A DNA stretch of 64,000 nt from Glycera tridactyla (GCA_965644265.1 OZ286470.1:9238001-9302000); one strand, 5' to 3'; counted from the first letter of the stretch, positions 1 to 14,550 are shown. Translations and numbers: made by a program. The notes: a model not told the origin generated them from the sequence alone.

Positions 1-922
1 TTTAGTCATTTGTGGTTGATTCTCTTCACAGTTATCAGAAAATTGTCACTCAGCCTCACATGAAGATCAAGACCTGGACTTAGTTTCAGTAGAGAATGCT
101 AGCATGCAAATGGTGAATACAGGCTGTATGTCCATTGCCAGAAGTCAGTCATCTGAAGGATAATTTGAACGGTGTATGGGGAGATGTAAACCCTAGTTTG
201 GCTGCTGGAAGGATGGAGCACTCTCGTTGTTAATATGAACCCTCGACAGTGGAGGATAGATACAACAATTATCAGCCAGACACGATGAAAAAATGTTTTA
301 CAGTTATTATCAATCACAATAGCATGATTTTGAAACTGAGCTTTGTTTGTCTGCGGTATCATCAACCAATAGTGATGTAGTCGACAAAAAATAATCTATT
401 AGAGAGAGCCATTTATTTCTGGTCAAACTTGTGCACTTTGCTACACATCTGAGCTACACAATATATGGCATGGTCAAATTAGGCATTTGTGCATAGTCAA
501 TCATAGTTTGGCACAATCTTTCTATTGGATGTATGTTTGCTTGATGATCATCTTTGTTTGTTATCTATTGTGTACTTGTATACAATGCTTCAGGATACTC
601 ATTGTGACATGAGTATGGATATATGAACATTTTGTCTGCTCATGCTTGTAAATGGAGCCGTGAAATGCTTACAGAGTGGACAATTGCCGGTGGCTGGTGG
701 CCTCACTGCTGGGATCAGTTCTGGTGTATGCCACATGGTAGGAGTTGTAGAAGGCATGTTTTTGTCAGCGGCGTAAGCTCCATCTTACATCTCTGTTGAA
801 TGAAGGGTATCTTTCACTCTTGCCATAATACTCGAGTATCCCTCAAGAGCTAGCCAGAGTACTTTGACTCTTGGACCTACCATGGGAATCATGGGAATTT
901 CCTATGCTGAATCGAACCTTCT

Positions 923-1089
923 CAATGGGGCCCTTCGACTGGGCGGTTTCGTGAAGCACGAAAAATTGTGAAGTAACTTTTGCATTCGACTGGAAGCGTT
1001 ACTCCACGGCCAATTTTCTCCGAGCAGTAACTTCTTCCCGATCGTGAAGTAACTATTTTTCTTGAAGTACCAGTCGAATGGGCCCATTG
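923..1089. mobile_element. Small palindromic MITE-like element
   Basis: CAATGGGGCCCTTCGACTGG at the left end vs CCAGTCGAATGGGCCCATTG at the right end (near-perfect 20-bp inversion). Confidence 0.5.
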
Positions 1090-1372
1090 TAGGCAAGCTT
1101 AGGGAAACGTGATACCCCTTGTCCAATTTTCAGTCATTACACACACAGATGAATAGCATTGGGAAATTTCCATTTGATTATGAGCACTCCTTCTTTCCAT
1201 GTCACTCATGAACTACATGTATTTCGAATTGAAACTCTTATATTGAATCAGTGAGATTAATCTTACCATATTCTTTGTATGGATAACATGGATTTGGCAG
1301 CACAATGAAACCTCCCATATTTGCATGCATGGTCCCATCAAGAGGCGGGCCCATACTGGAGCATCACAACTA

Positions 1373-1867
1373 CAGTCTGTTTGCCTCTTTTTGTGGCACC
1401 TATTTTTGGCGAATCATTCTTCATGTAAAATGAAGCTGACATTTATTTGAGGAACATCCTTTGAAGTGGTTATTGACCTAGATAGAATTCTACAAAAACA
1501 TCTACTTTCACGAAGTTAAATGCTTAAATTTAGTGTGAAACTGTGATCGGTTGATTCTTGTTCATTCATATGACGTGATTTTTGCCCGCGCTGACATGGG
1601 GAATTGCACTATGACGTCATAATTGAGGTCACAGGTCAACTGACAGCGTCGCACATTCGACAGCTGCGTCGTGACAATAAGCAAGTCCAACTACGCTTCC
1701 ATGACGTACGATTCCACACACAAACATTGGCTGAGTTAATGAAATTAGAGGAAATATACCAGCGAAAATATCCATCGTAAGTAGTGGCAGTCATATTTCT
1801 CACTTCGATGCTTATTCCCGAGAATTATCGGCAAAAAACAGGTGCCACAAAAAACGCGAACCGACTG
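1373..1867. mobile_element. TA-flanked MITE with long imperfect TIRs (495 bp)
   Basis: CAGTC(T/G)GTT(T/C)GC...TTTTTTGTGGCACCT arm inverted at both ends, TA on each side; a lone arm recurs at 34488-34560. Confidence 0.75.
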
Positions 1868-3406
1868 TAACATTCTTGATTTCGATTCAGTAAAACCTGT
1901 GATGAGAGACCACCCTAAATGTCACCCAAAATTGGTCTCTTGAAAGAGGCGAGGTATATTTGATTGTGTCGAGTAGAAAGGCTGTCTTGTCGGGGGGGGG
2001 GGGGGGGGGGGTGGTAGGTTGGTCGGTAGGTTTGGCTGGTCGGTCAGTCAGTCAATCAGTAACTCACTCACTCACTCACTCACTCAATATAATGAATGGC
2101 TGGAAAACATAAATGTCAAGGTCGATAGAATGATATTACATGTATTCTGTGGATGGTGTGAGTATCAAGATGACAGTACGGCTTTCCATATCATTAGGAT
2201 ATGATATGCATGTCTGGGTGAGAATATTTAGAGAAGAAATGTCCATTTTGTGTATTAGATGACAGCAGCTTTTCAAATATATCCACACATTAGCAGGCCT
2301 CCTCTAGTTGCCGGGAGCAACCATGGAGTTACGTAAACAGCATTTTCACTGGAGATGACATCTTGTGCTCTTCTGATGACTTGCCCGGTGTGGATGCCAA
2401 GCTGGTTCGCTATACCAATGATCTATTTCAACAGGGGCGAAAAATTAGAGACTGTACTGTATTCATAGCAAATTGGGGTCATTATGAGGCTCATTGAGCC
2501 TTCCTTTCCCAGCATTCTTTTTGTCAGTCATCTGAGATGCTATCAGGGACCCTTTCCATAATAAATGAATGTGTGATTGTACCATTGCTAAGCGATCGGT
2601 AATAAGTGAATGAAGTCCTTTTTTTAAATGGATATCTCATATGTAACATGTGATCTGAGGGTGGTTTTTGAAGGATTTTGTTTCATCAGTGACATATTTG
2701 ACTTTGTGGCTCTGCATGAGTCGTCTCAGACTTCCAGATGAGGGCAATCTCCCGGAAGAGAGGTCTCTCAAAACAGGTTCCACTGTAATAATTCTGGGAA
2801 ATATCAGCCTGAGAATTATGTGTGTCTCAAAAGTGTTCGTTTTCACATAGCAGATTTGATTTCACTGCCTACATGGCACTTACATTGTTTGGTTCACACT
2901 CTTGTGCAATGGCTGGGCGTGACGTGAGCCATGAATCATCGGCGGGTAGACACTGTGTGGGTGGGCTCATCCCTTCTCATCAGCACACCGACACCAACGA
3001 CACCGACACCAACACCACGCGCGGAGACACCATCTACTTTGCCAAAGTTACCATATTATGCGCTGACATCTCCTCAGTTCCTTCCTAGCATAGAACAAAT
3101 TAAGTTGGTTGGTATGCGGCACGAACAAGTGACTTCTGAGTGTGCCTTGACGAATATCATCAGTCTAGGATGAGAACAGTTTTTTGCACACAAATTTGCA
3201 GTAGTTGAGCGTGATAATCATGTTATTTTTTCAATTAGAGTTGGTAAATAGTTTGTGTCCTTGGCGAATAGAGTGTGTAAAGCTGACAAAAATTACTGGA
3301 AGTGAGATTATCATCTTGTTAGAATGCACTTCGTGATACTCCCAGTTGATCAGAAAGTAGTTTTCTGGAGTTGCAAATATGCTGTTCTTGGTTCCAAGAT
3401 GATCCA

Positions 3407-3573
3407 TGATCAAAAGTATTTCCACTTACTTTGAAACAAATTCGATGACGATTTCATGATGTTTTGGCAGCGCCATAAATTCATCACATGATCAAGGCCA
3501 CTTGAAGAGTGCTTGAAACATCATGAAATCGTCTTCAAATTCGTTCCAAAGTAAGTGAAAATACTTTCAATCA
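3407..3573. repeat. Foldback / MITE-like inverted repeat (about 58-bp arms)
   Basis: 3407-3464 is the imperfect reverse complement of 3516-3573; partial relatives near 15125-15185 and 38738-38807. Confidence 0.65.
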
Positions 3574-6500
3574 TAGTTTTCTGGAGTTGATCGATTTCTG
3601 TAGTCGGTGGTTACTGATGCATGATCACATGGCCTCAAAATTTAGGGTGGTTCTCACAACTTGAGAAAAGAAGCTGATGAAACACTTTTCATGGTGGCAC
3701 CGTCAGCTGAATGCAAGACCGATGTCAAACAAATTCTAGATATTTTGCACAGACACCTGTGAAGATGACGGTTTGCCTGTAGCAGATATTGTCACTATGC
3801 AAAAAGCAGGTACCAGGCACACCAGTTCTGGGTTACTAGGGCTGCCACTTGGTTTACTAGGATGTTTACTAGTATGCGTTGTACTCTGAGCTCAGGGCAA
3901 CCGTAATTGTGAAGCTGGTTTGAAGTTGACAGTTTGTAATTGAACACATTGGTTGAGTATTCTCCGAACCTATAACGCTTTCCCTTCTTTCAAGTGCTGC
4001 GCTTTGCATTGCTATCAGGCTTGAGTGTCAACTTCCAGCCAGTCACATTGTTAGATATGCCATCAATAAGTTCATTATGTTTATGTAGAGTAGGTAGAGG
4101 TGTGTCTGAACTGTCAGCTACTTGGCAACCTTTCAGGTTCTCTGTCATCTTGTGTTCAGGGTTTGTGAGAGAGATGTCTGCAGGAGAGAGAACATAATCC
4201 TCACAGCTTAGAGGTTACATTAAATGCTTACACAGAGATAATATAGGAAAACAAGAATAATGCATCAAGAATGGTGCACATGGTACAAACAACAGTGTGG
4301 GAAAGTGGGTGTTTATGTTGATGTCACACCGCTTGCCATTTGGGGACTGGAATACCACAGGGAATATCAATCTCACTGGTAATATAATCACACCGATGAA
4401 ATTGGCAAGTATGATATGTTGGATGATGAATCAGGGCAAAATTCACATCTCGTAATTGAGAAGAGATGATAAATCGAGAGTACGGCTTCCCAGTTGCACT
4501 ATAGTAAACTAATCTGACAAAGGCACGCTTACCGCTTCCCAATCACTTATATGTCATCGTATCATCTAGAACCAGGATGGAAACCCAAGTCAATGGCTTC
4601 CCTGAGCTGCACTCTTCGTGTTTCCATGCGGTTAATGTCAATATATCCATGATGTAATGTGTACAAATCACCATGTCCATTGAGTGCATTCTTTTTTCCT
4701 TTGAAGCCATCTGATGATATGTCAACATATGTCAATATTCAGCACATGTACCAGTGAAATCATGTCCCATGCACAGATGGCTGGACATTAAAATGGACGT
4801 CATATGCAGTAATGGTTCATATGTCTACTAACGAATCATCTGAAATGTGATTGTGGCCCAATTTGTTTTATATATTTCACTTTGTATAGTACAGTCTCAA
4901 CACAGTGACATGACATTTGATAGATATTCTATTGGCTGAAGACACTCCTGCTCGGGAACTTCCCCCTACTCTTTGTGAAATGACAGTGTGGCTTTTTTAT
5001 GTGCTTGTGTTATTGGCACTGAGAAACAAGGCCAATCTTTGATATGCCAGTGGGTGTAGCTGGATGAAGATACCTAATAATCTTTCGAAACAATCCCATT
5101 GCTTTCAAATACCTAAAGATATTATTTTGTCCAATCATTTCTTTTTTGATCATAAACAACAGTTTGTGCACTATGGGGTGAATTCTGATGAGAGGAAACA
5201 CATAGAAAATGCGCTTTCTGCACCAATAATATCCACTGTACATCTTTTTTGAATGAATTTTTCCTCATCGTGATGGAGCATGTATAGAATTCAGTATGGG
5301 ATGCTGTGTCTCGAGTGCTAAGAAATGATGATCTCTGTGTCATGATGAAAGTCATCCCTGGCTGGATTATTCAGCTAATTTTCAGGCAGTTTGGGTAGTG
5401 TAGCACATTAAACGGTATCAGACTTGGATCTCTCTGAGATTAAAAACCTTTTAGCAAATGATTTCAGCAATTCAGAAAGCAAATTTGGAAATAAGAGAGC
5501 ATTTAATTGAATCAGTCCAACAAAATCAAAATTAATGACATTCCCATACCATATCGATTCATAATGCATTTTTCACCAGAAAAAATGTGATTAGAAGACT
5601 GTTCATCTACAAAAAAAACTGCCATCAGCAACCTAAATTCACTCTCGCAAATCATTTTAACAAATCAACTTTTCTCTTTAGCATTTGGCTTTACCGATTA
5701 GCTATAGCTAAAACGCTGATCTAGAGAGGGACGCCTGTTAGATATCATAAGGAGAGACGTATAAGTAAGACGACTACTTGAGACAAGATGGTGTCAGGAT
5801 ATACTAGCGATGTCGCCGGATGCGGCTTTCTTTACTAATGGCTCTCATTCAGCAAATATTCATTGCATTCTCATCTCTTATAGATGTACACCATACAATC
5901 AACATCTGAGGAATCTAATAGCAGCATCACGTGACAGTGTCTGGCTCCTTCACGCATTCTCCCCCTGTTGGCTCCAAAATGGAATACCCCATATTCGTGA
6001 AAAATCGGATGTGGGCTGGTGAATTCCGGGGGTCGGACTGTGGATTTCATAGTTATTTGGACTCCATCACCACTAGATCTTTTGATATCAGTCCTATAGA
6101 GCGAAATAATATATCAGGAAAGCAGATGGTTCCAGCAAGATGCAGCCATCTTCATCGATCATTAAGAGCCCTCTTTGGACCAGGACAAGGGCCGTCACCT
6201 CCCCTGGCCACTCTATCGGGAGTTGATAGAAAAGAAAAGAACATGTTACCCTCCTCATTTAGTCCCCTTTAGCTTAGAGAAAGGGAAGCAGATGCAATCT
6301 CAAGAGCTTGCTTGAAGAACTATCATCGCATGGCCTATATGTTTTAATCTTCATCCATGACTATGAGATATTATTGCTGGATAGTGTTGGAATGTTGATG
6401 AAGAAGAATGTTCTCGGTACTCACAGTGGACTTCAGAATAGAGGAGCTTTCAGTGTGCACCCATACTCTTTCTTCAGCTCTATGTTGACAGTTGCATCGG

Positions 6501-7542
6501 TGTTTTGTGATCACATGATCTCATGTTGGAGACAGTAGTGAGATCTCTGAAGATCACTCTCACACACCCTGAACCCAGTTGATGGGCAGCCAGGAATGTC
6601 AATTAGTAGAAGTAGCTGTCAGATCAGACACACCTTTACCAACATGTCATGACTGACATGGCTCAGGAACCAGTAAGGAACGACAGAGTGTATATTAGTG
6701 TAGGAGATATTTGTCATGATTTAACTTGATCATTTCACACAATGAGAAGCTGTTGAATGAATTTTCAGTGAATATTTCAAAGGTCAATACATATCTGGTA
6801 ATAGAGATTGATTGATTGGTTATCAGCGGCGGAAAATGTAATTTGTTCTGGTATGCAGATGAGCTAGATTTTTGGGGAGAAAAATAAATTGACTCCTGGT
6901 ATTTAACAGGAACTGTGAATTCTGTTGTCAGAATTGGGGAAACCGCATTTGATTCACTTTTCTCTGCTGGCATGTTAGTACAGTGGAATATGTAGTCAGA
7001 GACTACCCTGAATGTCACCCAAAAGCAGTCTTTTGTATCAGTTGGTCACGGAGATAATTGCTACCCATAGTGAGTGGTTCCCTTCCGGAGGTGGCTCATA
7101 TACACAAGGTCTGGATCTCACTGCACGTTTGCACTGATCACCTGCCTTCGATGTCACAACTCCGAAACTACTGTGATGGAACGTTCCATCAAATATTGTA
7201 GAAAGAAAGATGGCCAAATTATTCTTCAAACTCTTAATGTATGCCATAGAGGACTCTATCCTGATTTCAAGACATCTTGAAGAAGAAATCAGTGCTAAAA
7301 TAGTTGAGTTGTTTGAGGAATTTTGCGAGGGGGGGCTGGGGCAAGATGGATGAGGAGCAGCCTGGGTGGCAGGACCAACTCAAAACAGTGGCCCGATGGC
7401 AAGAGTGGTTGGCCGCAAACCAGAGCCCTACGCACATGTCACATGAGGTGCAGGTTGAGGCCTTGACAGTTTTCATTGGCATTTGCTCAAGTTGTCAAGA
7501 ATTTAATGGTTTCTGACATTGAGATGGTGTAAAACTGTAAAA

Positions 7543-8535
7543 AGTTCTGCTACTATAACATATAGTGTTACTTGACATAAGGATCCTCCAGTGAATGTGG
7601 CATATACTATATCTCAGTTCTGCTACTATAACATATAGTGTTACTTGACATGAGGATCCTCCATTGAATGTGGCATATACTATATCTCAGTTCTGCTACT
7701 ATAACATATAGTATTACTTGACATAAGGATCCTCCAGTGAATGTGGCATATACTATATCTCAGTTCTGCTACTATAACATATAGTGTTACTTGACATAAG
7801 GATCCTCCATTGAATGTGGCATATACTATATCTCAGTTCTGCTACTATAACATATAGTGTTACTTGACATAAGGATCCTCCAGTGAATGTGGCATATACT
7901 ATATCTCAGTTCTGCTACTATAACATATAGTGTTACTTGACATGAGGATCCTCCATTGAATGTGGCATATACTATATCTCAGTTCTGCTACTATAACATA
8001 TAGAATCACTTGCCCTAGGGATCCTTTATGGAGAGTAGCATGGAATGTATCTCATACTAAGAAGTTTTGCTACTATAACATATAGGACTTGAACATGATG
8101 TGTCACTTGCCATGAGGATCCTTCATTGAATATGGCATGGAGTGTATCTCATACTGAGAAGTTTTGCTACTGTAACATGTAGGACTTGAAGATAGAGTGT
8201 TATTTGCCATGAGAATCCTTAAATGAATGTGGCATATTTTGTATCTCATACTGAGTATTTCTGCTAATATAACATATGGGACTAGAACATAGCATGTTAC
8301 TTTGATGAAGATCTTACATTGAATGTGGCATATATTGTATCTCTTACTGAGTAGTTCTATTACTATACCATAAAGGACTAGAACATAGATCGTTACATGC
8401 CATGAGAATCCGTCATTGAATGTGGCATGGGTTGTATCTCATACTGAGTACTTCTGCTACTATAGGGCTAGAACATAGAGTGTCACTTGTCATTGGGATC
8501 ATTCATTGAATGTGGCATATTTTGTATCTTATAGT
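7543..8535. repeat. Minisatellite: six near-identical 73-bp units followed by degenerate 82-97-bp units
   Basis: Unit starts at 7543, 7616, 7689, 7762, 7835 and 7908, then 7981, 8063, 8160, 8257, 8353 and 8450. Confidence 0.95.
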
Positions 8536-8682
8536 CCGGTATTTGCTGCGCCAGTCTGTAATAATGGGAATCTGCGCAATTATCATCTAACAGACTTTGA
8601 AGCATATGCAGAGATATTCCTAGAAGGTAGATTTGATTTATGTGCCCATTGGGCACACCTCAGAGACTTATGTGTTACCTGA

Positions 8683-9024
8683 GTATTACATTTTCAGAAA
8701 CTATCTGATTTCTTGTGGATATGAACCTGGGATCTCCAGCATGGCACTAACCACCTAGCCTGTAGAGAACCAAGCTGATTTACACACTAAGCTATGTGGA
8801 CCACTCATAAAAGTGTCCACACACCACAGCCAGGAACATGCCACTCTCCCCACACAGACATGCAGAGACCCAGTGGACCATTCTGTCATACTCATGTTCA
8901 AGCCGTTTTTGTGAAATTCACACAATGGGAGATGGTCAGATGAAACTATGTTTCATGATACACCATTGAAATGTACAGATTGCATTCTCAGAAATCATCC
9001 GATTTCTCTTGGATTTGAACCTAG
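8683..9024 (-). mobile_element. tRNA-derived SINE, head-to-tail partial tandem (same family)
   Basis: Colinear with 27670-28072, junction at 8806/8807; further partial copies at about 54065-54200 and 62760-62870. Confidence 0.6.
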
Positions 9025-10019
9025 AAGAATTGCTGTCCATGACTGAATGGAGCCCTTGCTCACTAAGGCAAATCATGTAGATGGTCTAGAGTAGTCCCCA
9101 TCCTTTTTTGAGACACTTAAGATGAAGAATATTTGATAGGTGATTCAGGGAAGGTTTTCTGTGTTAGTTCAACTGAACAGCCTGTTGGTGATGCTTTCTA
9201 AATGTTAGATGAACATCCACCGATTGGGCATGTTCATGAATGATCAATGCACCGTTTCCTCAGTCAATGTGCCCAGGGCAGAACGGTACATGTTTGTGCC
9301 TGCAAAGCTTTCAGCTCACGCAATCCAACCGTTATGTCTCACATACCCATGAGTGAAGTCTGTTCAATCCAAAGTGATTTGTACGTTCACGAACCCACAC
9401 TTGTCACCATTTCTCATCCAAATACACTTTTGATGGCTAGATCATGTGGAACCTGCTACAATCATCAGACCTGATTTCTGATGACCTGCATACCTTTGAA
9501 AAGTAGTCATCTCATTTTGCATTCATAGCGTGAATATGCTATCGAATCATGAGAAAAAAGAAGACACAACAATCATCAAGTACAATGACCACACCAGCAG
9601 TATGATAGGCAACCACAGCAGAATTGGGCAGGTCATCAGTGGAACACCAGGTCAGGATTTTGGGCACTTTCAGACCCCTGATGAAGGGAGACGTGACAGC
9701 CCAGCCAAGATTAAAAGAATGTTTACTTCTGTTGAGGAGGTCTCACTAGGCCTCAACCCTACACATGGAGGACAACTAACCAACTCTGAAGCTACTGCAC
9801 CACTCACTACAAATCCATTGGATAACTGACTGCTGCCCACTGACAAATGTCCAAAAGTCCCATTTCAGTGGTCATTCCTCCTTGCGTACAAGGCGCAACA
9901 GGTATACTCTGTTAAATCCATCAAATCAATGTGGTGGATACATTTCACGCGATTACCTCACTCGATCTGAATTTCAATGGCATGAATGTATTGTATGGGT
10001 CTTCTGGCGATTGTTGAAC

Positions 10020-10740
10020 CGTCTGTCCGCTCACATTTCATGCAATAACTTTAGATTGGCTGGTCCAATTTTCATAAAACTTCATAACTGTGATCTAGGT
10101 AAAATTCGTATTCGATAATTTGATTTCTGTACCCAAAGGTCAAGGTCACAGGAGCTATTTATAGATTTTCTTATTTTACACTCTAACTCAAACTAGCCTC
10201 AATGGATATGCACCAGACTTACCCAAAGTAATGACGTAATGGTAGGCCACCTCTCTTTTGATGCATTTGACCCTGGGTCGAAGGTCAAGGTCACAGAAGC
10301 TATTCATAAATTTTCTCATTTCACACTCCAGCTCAAGCTTGCATTGATTGATATGCACCAAAGTTTCACAATATAATGACCCAATGGTGAGATATCTACC
10401 ATGCAGGTGACCCTGGGTCAAAGGTCAAGGCCATAGGAGCTATTTGTAAATTTCCGCATCTCACACAATAACTCAGGCTAGCATTGTTGGATGAAGATCA
10501 AACTGATGATCAAGCAATGTTACAACATCTCTCTTACAATGCATGTGACCCTTAGTCATAGGTCGAGTTGAAGGTTTCAGGTGCTATTGTTAGATTTTCT
10601 TATTCTACGCAGTGATCCAGTGACTCATTACATAGCCAACTAAACATCTCAACGACCTTTTCCGATGTGGGTTACCCACTGTACTTCCGTGTGCGATATG
10701 GGTTACCCACTGTGCTCCCGTGTGCGGGTATCTTGCCCCT
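10020..10740. mobile_element. Degenerate Helentron-like element with roughly 143-bp tandem units
   Basis: AAGGTCAAGG(T/C)CA motif repeated at about 10136, 10281 and 10421 with a fourth decayed unit; complement of the GACCTTTGACCT motif of 32077-32833. Confidence 0.5.
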
Positions 10741-12977
10741 CTGTGGCCTTGTTGACAAATCTGCTGACATCAGCGAATATTTTTATGCGAAACAGTGGCG
10801 ATATGGCCACCAAACTTGCCGCAAAACCAGCATGAAATTGACACATTTGGCACTCTATGGTGAAATATACAGGGGAACTTCACCAAGATCACATCTCTAG
10901 TTGCCGGAGATGTCAACAAAGGTCTGTCAGTATGTTTCGTTTCAATCCAATGCAAATTCGTGATGCTGAGGGAAAAAGCGTGCGCACCATGATTGAACTT
11001 TGACAGACTTCAGCAGTCTATGCGTATAAGAATGAATGTCGGTTTCTGAAAAGAAGTCAGCATGGAAGAGAAGAAGATTTTTAGTTTAGAAAATTTGCTT
11101 GGGAATACGTGGCATAGAGCATAGGATTGAGATGAGTTCTGCTTATGAGAAAATCACCTTCAGTGTTTGCAACACATGCTGTTTTTTTGGTTGACCAATT
11201 GACATCTACGGAAGTGATACAGAGATACTGGATGGCTGGCGGGAAGCCGTGTCTATTTTGTTTTGGGACGGTAATGTAAACACGGCATCAGAGGCAGAGT
11301 CAGTGCTTGATACAGATATCTCGGAGGCTTTCACGATTCTTTCCCGCAATAAACTAGACAGCATAGCGAGAGTAGGCTTGGAGAGTATATTGTGCAGTTA
11401 GACTACGGACCTTTGTGAAAAGCCGCCCTGTTTTGCCACTGAGATACTAATAGACTTATGACGTCTTACATGTGGAGAGACAGTTTGTTGGCATCCCTCG
11501 CTGTATACTGTTTGGAGTGAGTATAACAGCGCCCGCCCAATGGAAATCGGGATTGTTTCCAAGCACCTCTGAGTGTCACCTTAAGCATCTTTGTACAATT
11601 GACAACATCTCCATATCATGTACAAGATAGAGGTTATTGGATAAGATATTTCAAACAAGTCCATTCCCTCAAATCATTGATTCATTTGCATATTATTTCA
11701 ATCCACTACCATCCCGGGCTTCCATCCCTGTGGTAAAGTGCTTGCGTGAGAGTAAGAATAAATAACAAGCCCAAAAAGAGATTTTTCAGTTATTATGAGA
11801 TCACTGATTTGCAGTGGACTGATTAAATGAAACTCTTCTCAATGATGAACGTGAGTTGGATTTGAATGTTCTGAGTTGTTAATCTGGAAGTCTGGGTGAT
11901 GTTTCCAGTGTTGTTGAGGTATCAGTGTATACTAGAAGGGGGTTGTTATGGCACACACACACTGTTCCCTGCCTTGTCCTCTTCCTCCTCCCAGGCTTGA
12001 CTGGCTCGCTTCCTTCATCTTGACAGTATTGTTGCTCTGTACTTCCCCAGTGAATAGGATAGATTGATTGATTGATCATTTCACTGAACAATCCATTGTT
12101 CCATAGACCACAGATTGATGTTGGATTTATTATTCTTGAGCAATTCCACTCTTCAAGTGATGAGTTGGGATATTTTCTGCCAGTATTTGTTTCTAGGGCA
12201 GGCCCTCAACAAGAGGCCCTAAAGGTCATGAGAGTGAGATCAACTCGAGGACCTTCTGGAGATGGTAGCTAGGGAAGCAAGGGCATGTGTATGAACAGCA
12301 TCTATACTCCCATTCCCATCCTCCTTCATTCACCATTGATTTATGCACAAACTTCTTGTTACCCGCAATCATGGCCCCCCTCCTCATAATATATGATAGA
12401 GGAGTATCCGAAATGTCAGCTGCTTCCACTTGACGACCTTCATTGTTCCTCATCATGCTGTGTTTGGGTTTGGGAGAGTTATGCTTTCATTTGCCTGTCA
12501 TAGATTCGGAACTTAATGATCAACCATGGCAGCACATACTGGGTTGGCTTCACCAAATCTGACACATGGGGACTGTCTGAGACTCGTAGGACCTAGGATA
12601 ATGCCCAGGAGGACGTAGTAACTTCAACCCAGTATTGCGGAAGGCGTTGGTTCTTTTTTCGGAGGTAAAAGTTTCATGGTACTCACAGTGGTTTTAGAAA
12701 GTCAGAGCTTTCAGAACCCATCTGGATTCTCTTCTCTGCAAATGGCTACTCCCTTGTGTTGGTATCATACTCATGGTTGATTATTGTTCTGTCATGCCAA
12801 TGATAAATGAGCAATGGCTAATTCATCCTGCAAATCTTGTAAAATTGAGCCCAGATTGAACTGTCAAGATCGAAATACAGGTGACCGTCTTTGGCATGTC
12901 TTCAGTCACAAGCTGCTCATCATGTTGGAAATCAATGAGCACCTGATGGAGCCTGCATGATTGAGGCAAAGGCCATA

Positions 12978-13151
12978 CAGTGAAACCTGCGACAAGAGAC
13001 TGCTGATGAGAGACCACCTCCAATGGCAGACTGCTTTTCCAGGGCAGCTTTTCTATATGACAGTCGAATATACCTTGGAGGAGAGACCACCTCTTTTGAG
13101 AGACTGCTTTTTGGTGACATTTAGGATGGTCTCACGTCGCAGGTATCACTG
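12978..13151. mobile_element. CAGT-type MITE, related subfamily
   Basis: TA|CAGTGAAACCTG...CAGGTATCACTG|TA. More relatives at 43814-43990 and 46077-46231; degenerate or partial copies near 1888, 2760, 29580-29740, 36970-37200, 43276-43436 and 63640-63815. Confidence 0.75.
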
Positions 13152-13902
13152 TATTGTAATCCATCTCAGCATGGTAGAATACATGTCATACATAATCCCT
13201 TGAATTGGTTCATGCCAGCGAACCCAAAGCAATCATAGAGATTTCCAGCTAAAGACCAAAGTTTCTTTAAAAGAAAACCCTTTCTACTTTCATATTAGGG
13301 GAAATTTTGTCAGATAAATGTTCTAGATAAGCATGAAAAAATGCTGTGAACTGGTGGCAGATGCATCAGGAGGATAGATAGGAACCGTTATGAATGGCAT
13401 TTGTGCATTCACCATAGTTGCTAAGTAGCATGTATTATGCATCGCAGAGGCTAAATAGTACATATTATGCTCTAAATATAATGTCGCCTGCATCCATCGT
13501 GCATCTATTTATAAATCACGGCCTCTGAATAAACATGATGAGTGAATTGGTATCAAAGGAGCCCTAATTCTGGTGGCATCTACCGATGATGACATTCTTA
13601 TGTTCACCATACATTTCGAAGTAGAAAGTAGAAAAATAACTCAGCACTGTATATCATAATCGGGATTTCTCTTTCAGTCATTCCTCAGGGTGTTGGATGT
13701 ACTGGAGATGGAGTGTTGTATGTTCATTTATGGTTCTATCTATTCAGAATTGAGGGATGAAAGTGGCATTTTCCAGCTGTAGCATCTTATGTGGGGGATG
13801 GTTGCCGTGGTGATACATAAGTGGTGCTCTCCATCTGCCAAGAAAGCAGGCAGTCAACTGATACATCAGTGTGTCAGCAACTCATAAATAAATCACAAGT
13901 CA

Positions 13903-14358
13903 TGTCCTCTTTCTCTCTCATTCTCTCTCTCTCCCTCTCTCTCTCTATCTCTCATTCATCCTCTCAGTCTCTGTCTCTCTCTGTCTCTCTCTCTGTCTCT
14001 CTATCACTCATTCTCCCTATCACCTTCTCTTGCTCTCTCCTGTTCTCTTCTCTCATTCTTTATCTCTTTATCCCACTCTCTCTTCTCACTCCATGTCCTC
14101 TTCCTCTCTCATTCTCTCTCTCCCTTTCTCTCTATCTCTCATTCGTTCTCTCTGTCTCTCTCTCTCTCATTCATTCTCTCTCTCTATCGCTCATTCTCCC
14201 TATCACCTTCTCTTGCTCTCTCCTGTTCTCTTCTCTCATTCTTTATTTCTTTATCCCACTCTCTCTTCTCACTCCCATTCTACTCTTCTTCTCCCTCTCT
14301 ATCTCTCCCCCTCTATCTCCCTCTTTATTGCTCATTCACCCTTTCACCTTCTCTTGCA

Positions 14359-14405
<47 letters not shown>

Positions 14406-14500
14406 GCTCTATCTCTCTCATTCTTCATTTATTTACCCCACTCTCTTTTCTCACTGCCATTCTACTCTCTTCTCTGTCTCTTCCTCTTCTCTGTCCCTTC

Positions 14501-14533
<33 letters not shown>

Positions 14534-14550
14534 GTCTCTCTCTCTCTTTT
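13903..14550. repeat. CT-rich low-complexity tract with an internal duplication of about 85 bp
   Basis: (CT)n/(CTGT)n; 14006-14092 is repeated at about 14190-14277. Confidence 0.9.

Noticed and set aside
2884-3084. Minus-strand segment with good splice signals (TTCTATGCTAG| ... |GTAAGT)
   Set aside because: All three frames contain stops; coding status unsupported.
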